A DNA stretch of 64,000 bases from Allosphingosinicella sp. (GTDB taxonomy: Bacteria > Pseudomonadota > Alphaproteobacteria > Sphingomonadales > Sphingomonadaceae): NCBI GenBank assembly GCA_035248285.1, contig DATFHP010000029.1:505-64504 (forward strand), read 5' to 3'. The notes under the pieces are model-generated. The model had not been told where the DNA came from, made no database searches, and worked only from the letters and a program-made list of their open reading frames with translations. A program made the position numbers and the translations under genes. Shown here one piece after another: positions 57,493-64,000 of this stretch. Every line of letters starts with the position of its first letter. The first letter of the stretch is position 1.

Positions 57493-58599
57493 ATGGAAAT
57501 GATGTCTGCAGCCCGGCTTTACGATCCTGCCGAACCCTTCCAGGTGGACCGTCTGCCGATTCCCGAACCCACCGGAGACGATGTGCTCGTGCGTGTGCGC
57601 GCCTGCGGCGTCCCGCCCAATCTCAACAACATCATCCGCTATGCCGAGATCCTGCCCCAATATCCTCTGCGAGAGCTTCCGGCCATTTATGGGCTGGATC
57701 CTGCCGGCGAGATCGCCGCGGTCGGGCCCGGCGTGCTGGAGCTCTCGCCGGGCCAGAGGGTCTATATCAATCCCGGCCGGTCGTGCGGCAGTTGCATCAA
57801 ATGCCGGAACGGAAATCCGATCGATTGCGAATCCTATACTTTCGCCGGCTATTTCGGCTTCGGGCCCGGTTCGCGCCGGGTGTTTGAGCGCTATCCCGGC
57901 GGCGGCTTCGCCGAATATATGGTGGCGCCGGCCGATAGCATCGTAGTGCTGCCGGACGAGGTGAGCTTCGAGGAAGCGGCGCGATTCGGATATCTGGGCA
58001 CGGCCTATGCGGCGCTCCGGCGCGCGCAGGCCGGTTGCGACAAATCGGTCCTGATCAATGGCGCGACCGGCTTTCTGGGCACCGGCGCGGTGTTGCTCGC
58101 GCTCGCGATGGGGGTTCCCAAAATCCTCGCGGTGGCGCGCGATCAAAAGCTTCTCGCCGATCTGAGGGCGCTCGATCCTCGCCGGATCGTGACTCATTCC
58201 AACAATGACGGTCTCTGCACCGAATGGGCCAAGGCGCAAACGGACGGCCTGGGGCCGGATATCGTGATCGAGGCGGTCGGACCGGGCGCATCGCCCGAGG
58301 CGACGATGGCGGCGATGAAATCGGTCGGGCGCAGCGGCTGGGTGGTGAACATCGGGGCTCAGACCGAGCTGCTGCCGATCGATCCGATTTGGATCATGCT
58401 CGGGCAGATCAGCTTGACGGGCTCCAAATGGTTCACCACCGCTCAGGCGGGCGAAATGGCCCGCATGGCCGCGGCCGGGACGCTCGACCTCACGCGGCTG
58501 GTGCATAAGCGCTTCCCGCTCGACCAGGCGACCGAGGCGCTCAAGGAATCGATGAGCCGCGAAATTGGCGGCTTCGCGAACGTCGTGGTGACGCCGTGA
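57493..58599 (+). CDS. Medium-chain dehydrogenase/reductase (zinc-ADH-like, atypical catalytic site), paralog of 198..1409
   Basis: ACGVPPN, YGLDPAGE in place of GHE, structural loop CGSCIKCRNGNPIDC, INGATGFLGTG. AGGAGAG upstream of ATG 57493. Confidence 0.9.
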   Translation: MEMMSAARLYDPAEPFQVDRLPIPEPTGDDVLVRVRACGVPPNLNNIIRYAEILPQYPLRELPAIYGLDPAGEIAAVGPGVLELSPGQRVYINPGRSCGSCIKCRNGNPIDCESYTFAGYFGFGPGSRRVFERYPGGGFAEYMVAPADSIVVLPDEVSFEEAARFGYLGTAYAALRRAQAGCDKSVLINGATGFLGTGAVLLALAMGVPKILAVARDQKLLADLRALDPRRIVTHSNNDGLCTEWAKAQTDGLGPDIVIEAVGPGASPEATMAAMKSVGRSGWVVNIGAQTELLPIDPIWIMLGQISLTGSKWFTTAQAGEMARMAAAGTLDLTRLVHKRFPLDQATEALKESMSREIGGFANVVVTP

Positions 58600-58659
58600 T
58601 GACCAAATGGCGCGCAAGGCGGCCGGCCTTGCGGACGGCCTTTGAACAGGGAGTGGGTG

Positions 58660-59832
58660 ATGGCGCTGAGTGATGCTGCAATTGTCGGTTTCGCCGAAAC
58701 CAAGATCGAGACCCGTGCCGGCCGGGATGTCTGGGAGCTGGGCGGCGAAATCCTCAGCGCCCTGATCGAGAGGACCGGGATCGAGAAGGGCGCGATCGAC
58801 GGCATGCTCGTGAACGCCTCGATCACCGGCGCCGGCAATTGCTTCTGGTCGCAGACCACCGCCGATTTTCTGGGGCTCGAACTGGATTTCTGTCAGACGG
58901 TCGACCTTGGCGGCTGCTCTGCCTCCGGCGCCGTCGCCCGCGCCGCGGCGGCGCTGGATGCGGGACTGTGCACGACCATCCTGCTTCTGAACGCCGATAC
59001 CCAGGCATCGGAGAACAATCTGGCCATGCGCTCCTTTCACGGGGAGTGGACCGATCCTTATGGGATGATCGGCCCGCCGGCGGATTTCGGTCTGATCAGC
59101 CGCCGTTACGATCATTTGTTCGGCCTCGATCTCGATGCGATCGCGAAACTCGCCGTGACCCAGCGCAACCACGCGCTGATGAACGACAACGCCTGCGAAA
59201 AGCTTCGCAAGCCGATCACCGCCCAGGATTATTTCGACTCCCGGATGATCGCCGATCCGGTGCGGCTGCTCGATTGCGTGATGGTTTGCGACGGCGCCAA
59301 CGGCCTGCTGATGACGACCCGCAAGCGCGCCAAGGAATTGGGCTTCGACAGGTTCGTCGTGCCCCGCGGCTATGGCGAGCGAACCAACTACCGGTCGGCG
59401 GTCAACCTCGCCGACATCACCGAAAGCGGCCACAGCGTTGCCGGCAAGCGTGCGTTCGCGCAGGCCGGATTGACGCCGGCCCAGATCGGGTCGTTCCATC
59501 CCTACGACGACTTCCTGATCGCGATCATGCTGCAATTGGAGATGCTCGGGTTTGCGCCGCGCGGGGAGGGCGGCAAGTTCATCATGGAAACCAACCTCAG
59601 CCACGACGGCGACCTCCCCCTGAACACGAGCGGCGGCCAGATCTCCGCTGGGCAGGCGGGCCTTGCCGGCGGCGGCACCAATCTGATCGAGGGGGTTCGT
59701 CAGCTGTTCGGAGAGGCCGGCGCCCGCCAGGTCGCCAACCGCGACAACGCGCTCGTCACCGGCATCGGCTGGATTCCCTATGCGCGAAACTGGGGAACGA
59801 GCATCGCGCTGATCCTGGGCGCGGAGGGTTGA
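58660..59832 (+). CDS. Thiolase-like protein of the SCP-x / lipid-transfer (Ltp) type
   Basis: AIVGFAETK, GGCSASG, NTSGGQISAGQAGLAGG (Gln where thiolases have the GHP His). Followed by a DUF35 partner gene. Confidence 0.85.
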   Translation: MALSDAAIVGFAETKIETRAGRDVWELGGEILSALIERTGIEKGAIDGMLVNASITGAGNCFWSQTTADFLGLELDFCQTVDLGGCSASGAVARAAAALDAGLCTTILLLNADTQASENNLAMRSFHGEWTDPYGMIGPPADFGLISRRYDHLFGLDLDAIAKLAVTQRNHALMNDNACEKLRKPITAQDYFDSRMIADPVRLLDCVMVCDGANGLLMTTRKRAKELGFDRFVVPRGYGERTNYRSAVNLADITESGHSVAGKRAFAQAGLTPAQIGSFHPYDDFLIAIMLQLEMLGFAPRGEGGKFIMETNLSHDGDLPLNTSGGQISAGQAGLAGGGTNLIEGVRQLFGEAGARQVANRDNALVTGIGWIPYARNWGTSIALILGAEG

Positions 59833-59836
59833 GATC

Positions 59837-60277
59837 ATGAGCGAGAATTTGAACAACACGCTGGACGTGTCGCGTCCCACGCCCCGGGCCTATAGCTTCT
59901 CCAAGCCGTTTTGGGAGGCCACCCGTGAAAAGAAGGTGGTGATCCAATATTGTCCTGCCACCGGCAATTATCAATTCTTCCCCAAGCCGGTCAGCGTCTT
60001 CACCGGCAAGTCGGACCTGGAATGGCGGGAGGTATCCGGTCGGGGCGAAGTCTTCACCTACACCACGGCCTGCATGGCACGGCCGCCGTTCGCCGGCCAC
60101 ACGCCCTTTCTGATCGCCACCATCACGCTGGACGAGGGCGTCAATATGATCGCCAACGTCATCAACTGTGCGGCCGATCAAATCTCGGTCGGCATGCGGG
60201 TCAGGCCGGCCTGGATTCCGCTTCCGGACGGCGCCAACCTTCTTGTCTTCGAGCCCGACGAACCGGCCGGGGCGTAA
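59837..60277 (+). CDS. DUF35 OB-fold protein (thiolase-partner family)
   Basis: About 146 aa. FWEATREKKVVIQYCPATGNYQFFP then GEVFTYTT... OB-fold pattern. The zinc-ribbon cysteines are mostly absent. Confidence 0.8.
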   Translation: MSENLNNTLDVSRPTPRAYSFSKPFWEATREKKVVIQYCPATGNYQFFPKPVSVFTGKSDLEWREVSGRGEVFTYTTACMARPPFAGHTPFLIATITLDEGVNMIANVINCAADQISVGMRVRPAWIPLPDGANLLVFEPDEPAGA

Positions 60278-60291
60278 AAGCGACCGTGCTG

Positions 60292-60325
60292 AAGCGGGAT
60301 GCGATGAGGGATCGCATCCCGCTTT
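60292..60325. repeat. REP-like hairpin (GCGGGATGCG family)
   Basis: aagcgggatgcgat-gaggg-atcgcatcccgctt, a 14-bp perfect stem between convergent genes. It overlaps the TAA stop of pabAB. Confidence 0.85.
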
Positions 60326-62426
60326 ATGATCGATCCGTCGAGGCGCGACCGATTCCCTCTTCAATCGCGTAGCGCCGGCGGTCGCCCGTCACGCATTGTG
60401 ATATCGCCTCCATCAATGCGCGGCCCTTCAGCAGGGTTTCCGCATATTCCGCCTCAGGATCCGACGCCGCGACGACGGCGCCGCCGACACCGATCGAGCA
60501 GCCCTGCTCGTCCATGACGATGGTGCGGATGACGATATTCATTTCGGCCGATCCGTCGGCGCCGAGGAAGCCGATCGCTCCCGAATAGATGCCTCGCGGC
60601 GCCCTCTCCAATTGCTCGATCAGCGCCAGCGTCCTGGTCTTGGGGGCGCCGGTCATCGATCCCCCCGGGAAGGCGGCCAGGAGGCAGTCGACGAAATCGC
60701 GCCCCGGCGCGAGCCTGCCGGTCACCGTCGTCACCAGCTGATGCACGGTCTGGTAGGATTCCACCTCCATCAATCGATCCACGTGCACCGATCCGATTTC
60801 GCATACGCGGCCGAGGTCGTTGCGCATCAGGTCGGTGATCATGAGGTTCTCGGCACGGTCCTTCGCGCTTGCGCGCAGCCGCGCGGCGAGCGCACGATCC
60901 TCTTCCGGATCGGCGCTCCGGCCGATGGTCCCTTTGATCGGCCTGGCGGTGACAAGGCCCGACGCGTCCAGCTGGAGAAAGCATTCGGGCGAGCTGCTGA
61001 GGATCGCGAGCGTGCCGAAGCTCAACAGCGCCGAATAAGGCGCCGGATTGAGCGCGCGGAGTATGGCGTAAAGCGCATGGCGATCGGGCGAAGCCCGGGT
61101 ACGGATCTGGTTGGTCAGGCAGATTTCGTAGGACAGGCCCTCGCGGATGAAGGCCAGTGCGCGCTCGATCAGCGCCAGATAGTCGCTCTTCTTGTGGTCG
61201 AGACCGAAGGTCACGCGCTCGGCGACCGGGGTCGGTGCCAAAACATCGCAACCATCGCACGCCTGCTGGAGCTGATCGAACCAGGCTTCGATCCGCGGCT
61301 TTTCGGCTTCTGCGCCGATGTGCACCGCGTAGCTTTTGCCGCTGTCATGGTCGATCGCGACGAACCGGTCGGCGAGGATGAATTGCGCGTCGGCATGGGG
61401 TGTCTCGAAGCGCGCGCGCGGCTCGACCCCGCCGCGGAATTCATATCCGAAATAGCCCACTGCTCCGCCAGTGAATGCGAACGGAAGGTCCGCGCCCGCG
61501 GCGCGCAGCGTCCGCGCCGCCTCCGCCAGTGCGCGGGCGAATTGCCGCGCGCCTTCGGCATCGCTCGCTTGGCCGCTTCGCGAGAAGCGCAGCACTCTGC
61601 CGCGTGGGCCGCGCGCGTCCCCCATGTAGGAAAAGCGCCCCCGCCCGGCGCCGTGCGCGCTGCTGTCGAGCCAGAACGAGTCCGGCGACGCCCCGAACAC
61701 GCGGCGGAAGAAGGATGCGTCCAGCGCGGTGGTTGCAATCACCCGGTGGAACAGCCTGAGCCTTTCCGTATGTCCGGACACCGTTCGTGTCCTATCCGTA
61801 CCGCCCTTGACACCCACGCGGGCAGGCGCGGCTCGCAGCTTGCCCGAACCCATTCCGAGCCGGAGGAAGTTCGCAAGCAGCCGCGAGCCGTGGGGCGTGC
61901 CGATCGATTCGAGGTGGAACTGGATGCCCCAAATGGGCCTGGTGCGATGCCGGAGCGCCATCAGCAGGCCCTCGTCGGTCCACGCAATCTCTTCGAGCTC
62001 GGGCGGCAACGGCCTTTCGACGATCAGCGAGTGATAGCGGGTCGCTTCGAACGGTGCGGGAATGCCGTCGAACAGCGTGTCGCCCCTGTGCGTCACCTTC
62101 CAGATTTGGCCGTGAACCGGCTCGGGGGCGCGCGCGACACCGGCGCCGAATTGAAGCCCAATGCCTTGATGGCCGAGGCATACGCCGAGAATGGGGATGT
62201 CCGCCTTGCGGATGATCTCGGCATTGACGCCGAAGTCGCCGAGATCGGCCGGCGTGCCGGGGCCGGGCGAAATGATGACCGCCTCAAAGCCGCCCTGCTC
62301 GACATCGCGCCAGGACAAAGCGTCATTCTGCCGGACCGTCGGCCGCTCGCCGGTGATCGCCGCAACCTGGTGAACGATATTGTAGGTGAAGGAATCGAAG
62401 TTATCGATGATGAGGATATTCGGCAT
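60324..62426 (-). CDS. pabB: Aminodeoxychorismate synthase, fused glutamine amidotransferase (PabA) and chorismate-binding (PabB) domains
   Basis: N-terminal class I GATase (MPNILIIDNFDSFTYNIV, GVCLGHQ) and C-terminal chorismate-utilising domain (FPGGSMTGAPK). The GATase-first order and the adjacent class IV aminotransferase favour PabAB over TrpE(G). Confidence 0.8.
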   Translation of the reverse strand: MPNILIIDNFDSFTYNIVHQVAAITGERPTVRQNDALSWRDVEQGGFEAVIISPGPGTPADLGDFGVNAEIIRKADIPILGVCLGHQGIGLQFGAGVARAPEPVHGQIWKVTHRGDTLFDGIPAPFEATRYHSLIVERPLPPELEEIAWTDEGLLMALRHRTRPIWGIQFHLESIGTPHGSRLLANFLRLGMGSGKLRAAPARVGVKGGTDRTRTVSGHTERLRLFHRVIATTALDASFFRRVFGASPDSFWLDSSAHGAGRGRFSYMGDARGPRGRVLRFSRSGQASDAEGARQFARALAEAARTLRAAGADLPFAFTGGAVGYFGYEFRGGVEPRARFETPHADAQFILADRFVAIDHDSGKSYAVHIGAEAEKPRIEAWFDQLQQACDGCDVLAPTPVAERVTFGLDHKKSDYLALIERALAFIREGLSYEICLTNQIRTRASPDRHALYAILRALNPAPYSALLSFGTLAILSSSPECFLQLDASGLVTARPIKGTIGRSADPEEDRALAARLRASAKDRAENLMITDLMRNDLGRVCEIGSVHVDRLMEVESYQTVHQLVTTVTGRLAPGRDFVDCLLAAFPGGSMTGAPKTRTLALIEQLERAPRGIYSGAIGFLGADGSAEMNIVIRTIVMDEQGCSIGVGGAVVAASDPEAEYAETLLKGRALMEAISQCVTGDRRRYAIEEGIGRASTDRS

Positions 62427-62444
62427 CGGCGGTCGGTGGATGCT

Positions 62445-63107
62445 CTAGGATCCAAACCCGGTCGCGGCAACGGCCAGGCGCGCGTCAATCAAGCCGCGCA
62501 GGGCATTGCCGATCAGGAAACCATCGGCGAGATCGCCGGGCCGCAGCTCGTGCTCGCGGGCCCGCCCGCCGGCCAGCAGCTCGGCGCGAAGCACCCCGGG
62601 CAGGATGGCCCGCGCGATCGGCGGTGTCAGCAGGACGTCGCCGCGCCGGACGAAGATGTTAGTGAAGCTGCCCTGGGTCAGAAAACCGTCGTCGTCGACG
62701 AATATGGTTTCATAGGCTTGGCTTTGCGCGCGCGCGTCCTCGTACGGCCTTCGGTCGCTGATCTTGTGACGCAGCTGCGTCTCGCTGCGGAAAGCCGGGA
62801 GCGGCGCCAGCTCGACCGCCACCGGCTCCTGCGTGCGCGGCGGCAGCGGACCGCGTTCCACCGCCACCGCGCCGTTTCGCGACAGCAGCAGGCGCAGCTT
62901 TCCCGGCCCGGCAAGCCGATCGGCGGCGCTGTCGAGCGCGGCCTGGATGCGTCCCGCATCGAAGCTGAAATGAAGCGCCTCCGCGCTTGCCCGCAGCCGC
63001 GACAGATGCCGCGGCAGATAGGCGATTCCGCTTGCCGGATCGAACCTCATGGTTTCGACGAGGTCGAAGCCGCTCTCATCTGGGTCCACGCTTTTCTCCA
63101 CCGGCAT
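62445..63107 (-). CDS. Class IV aminotransferase-fold protein, aminodeoxychorismate lyase-like
   Basis: LVETMRFDP...LPRHLSRLRASAEAL and RHKISDRRPY (Lys motif). Immediately upstream of pabAB on the same strand. Confidence 0.7.
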   Translation of the reverse strand: MPVEKSVDPDESGFDLVETMRFDPASGIAYLPRHLSRLRASAEALHFSFDAGRIQAALDSAADRLAGPGKLRLLLSRNGAVAVERGPLPPRTQEPVAVELAPLPAFRSETQLRHKISDRRPYEDARAQSQAYETIFVDDDGFLTQGSFTNIFVRRGDVLLTPPIARAILPGVLRAELLAGGRAREHELRPGDLADGFLIGNALRGLIDARLAVAATGFGS

Positions 63108-63223
63108 GCGAAGGCCGGCCGCATCATCGTCGCGCCTTGCACCAATCTGAAGCGCCGCGCACCCGATCTTAACCTGCCTCTTGTTACGGGCTCGGTCCCG
63201 CTGCTATGCAGCCACCGAGAGAC

Positions 63224-63334
63224 ATGATGACCGAGGCCATGATTCCTGCCAACGCAAAAGCGTCCGCGCTCGGCGCAGCGGCGGCGATTGCGCGCGTCAT
63301 CGTAGCAGGCACCTTGAAATGGGGGAGCGGCTGA
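63224..63334 (+). CDS. Candidate 36-codon leader peptide (MMTEAMIPANAKASALGAAAAIARVIVAGTLKWGSG)
   Basis: Short ORF not in the track (<60 aa). It ends 40 nt before an intrinsic terminator, and its last codons form one arm of an alternative helix with the terminator 5' arm. Confidence 0.35.
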   Translation: MMTEAMIPANAKASALGAAAAIARVIVAGTLKWGSG

Positions 63335-63373
63335 CGGCTCTGACACATCATCCAAAGCGATAGATGAGACAGA

Positions 63374-63406
63374 CCCCCGCTCCCTCCGGAGCGGGGGTTT
63401 TTCTTT
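63374..63406 (+). terminator. Rho-independent terminator / attenuator
   Basis: cccccgctcc-ctcc-ggagcggggg followed by tttttcttt. It lies 49 nt upstream of the ACT-domain gene ATG. Confidence 0.8.
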
Positions 63407-63454
63407 GTCCGGACCATCGGCCGCTCTTCGTGCAACGAAGAGGGGAGAGTGACG

Positions 63455-63697
63455 ATGAACGATTCACTGGCGATCGACTTCAGGCCGGGAGAGGGAGCCG
63501 TGCCGCGGATCCTCAACCTGGTCGACGATCATGGTTTTACCTTGCACGGGATTCGGTTGGTGCCGACCCGCGCCGCGGACCGTGCGACGCTGCGGATCGA
63601 GGTCGGCGGCCGCTCGTCGGCGATGCTCAGGCAACTCGAGGAACGGCTGGTGTCGCTCGATGGGATCATCGAGGTGATCCACCGCGCCAACGTCTGA
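63455..63697 (+). CDS. Small ACT-domain protein resembling acetolactate synthase small/regulatory subunit (IlvM-like)
   Basis: VPRILNLVDDHGFTLHGIRLV...ATLRIEV...MLRQLEERLVSLDGIIEV follows the IlvM-type pattern. AGGGGAGAG upstream of ATG 63455. Confidence 0.55.
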   Translation: MNDSLAIDFRPGEGAVPRILNLVDDHGFTLHGIRLVPTRAADRATLRIEVGGRSSAMLRQLEERLVSLDGIIEVIHRANV

Positions 63698-63861
63698 TAG
63701 GGTCCGGCACGACGATCGGCGGCCGCGGCGTCTCGACATGCGCCGTGCGGCGACTTGCGATGGCAGGATTCGGCCAGGATGCGCCCTTCGCGGGGCGCGC
63801 TTTGCTGCCGGCACGCATATTGCCGGTGGTGCTGCCTGCCAGTCCTGGCTAATCGCTTGTC

Positions 63862-64000
63862 ATGCCGCATCTGCTTCAGCCGCACCCCAGCACCTCGCGC
63901 CGCGCGGTGACCGGCATCGAGGTGGAGGCTGTCCGTACCGGACCTTGCTCGTTGACGCTCGACTATGTGATCAGCGGAGCGATCGAGGAACTGTTGCTGC
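63862..64000 (+). CDS. 5' end of a gene running off the window (product unknown)
   Basis: ATG 63862 opens a frame (MPHLLQPHPSTSRRAVTGIEVEAVRTGPCSLTLDYVISGAIEELLL) that is uninterrupted to the window end. Confidence 0.4.
   Translation, partial: MPHLLQPHPSTSRRAVTGIEVEAVRTGPCSLTLDYVISGAIEELLL

Noticed and set aside
57163-59880. 905-aa minus-strand ORF (also 55793..57307 at 504 aa, and 60612..63227 at 871 aa on the plus strand)
   Set aside because: All are antisense to genes with clear family motifs (ALDH, MDR, thiolase-like, pabAB). Their composition is low-complexity Arg/Gly/Pro, so they are not coding.
63181-63516. 60-aa plus-strand and 110-aa minus-strand ORFs in the pabC / ACT-gene spacer
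   Set aside because: Both cross the intrinsic terminator and leader region and have Arg/Ser/Gly-rich translations. The short leader ORF with terminator explains the region better.
1-64000. Search for CRISPR arrays, IS elements or transposases, integrases, prophage genes, toxin-antitoxin or known defence-system genes, and rRNA or tRNA
   Set aside because: No translated ORF shows transposase, integrase, Cas or other defence motifs. No regularly spaced direct repeats were seen. The only repeats found are the hairpin family, the ~290-bp small-ORF units and the isomerase remnant reported above.

Overview
High-GC bacterial chromosomal segment with a few visibly AT-richer patches. The gene content looks like an aerobic alphaproteobacterium of the sphingomonad type, judged only from TonB-dependent receptors, many Rieske oxygenases and CoA-dependent catabolic operons. 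I can support about 55 protein-coding genes. I found no rRNA, tRNA, CRISPR array, transposase or integrase. Layout: (1) 0.1-9.4 kb holds an AraC-controlled Rieske oxygenase, ferredoxin, racemase-family protein, formamidase and amidase. (2) 9.5-9.8 kb is a dense cluster of perfect hairpins (REP-like). (3) 9.9-20.2 kb holds a fused indolepyruvate/2-oxoacid:ferredoxin oxidoreductase plus beta-oxidation-type genes and a GntR regulator. (4) 20.2-29.2 kb is the most unusual block. It has a 1121-aa GH18-like/CE4/GT2 fusion (putative GlcNAc-polymer synthase-deacetylase) and two paralogous GT-C-like membrane proteins flanking four small stress-type genes (DUF1508, VanZ, DUF4337, Ala/Asn/Asp-rich lipoprotein). 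Both divergent promoter regions share a near-identical palindrome, and a truncated EAL-domain gene sits at the right edge. (5) 29.3-37.4 kb is an 8-gene minus-strand TetR-led aryl-CoA beta-oxidation-like operon. (6) 37.5-51.8 kb holds a sugar-phosphate isomerase, a FecI/FecR/FecA-type surface-signalling trio, amidohydrolase, MarR, a second TonB receptor, SDR and two more Rieske oxygenases. One of these oxygenases is bracketed by two diverged ~290-bp direct repeats that each carry an orphan small ORF. (7) 52.1-60.3 kb is a plus-strand operon with CoA-transferase, a heteromeric-type acyl-CoA dehydrogenase pair, ALDH, an atypical MDR dehydrogenase and a thiolase-like protein with a DUF35 partner. 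(8) 60.3-64 kb holds fused pabA-pabB plus a class IV aminotransferase, then a candidate leader-peptide/terminator attenuator in front of a small ACT-domain gene. All family calls come from motifs read by eye in the supplied translations; no database search was possible.
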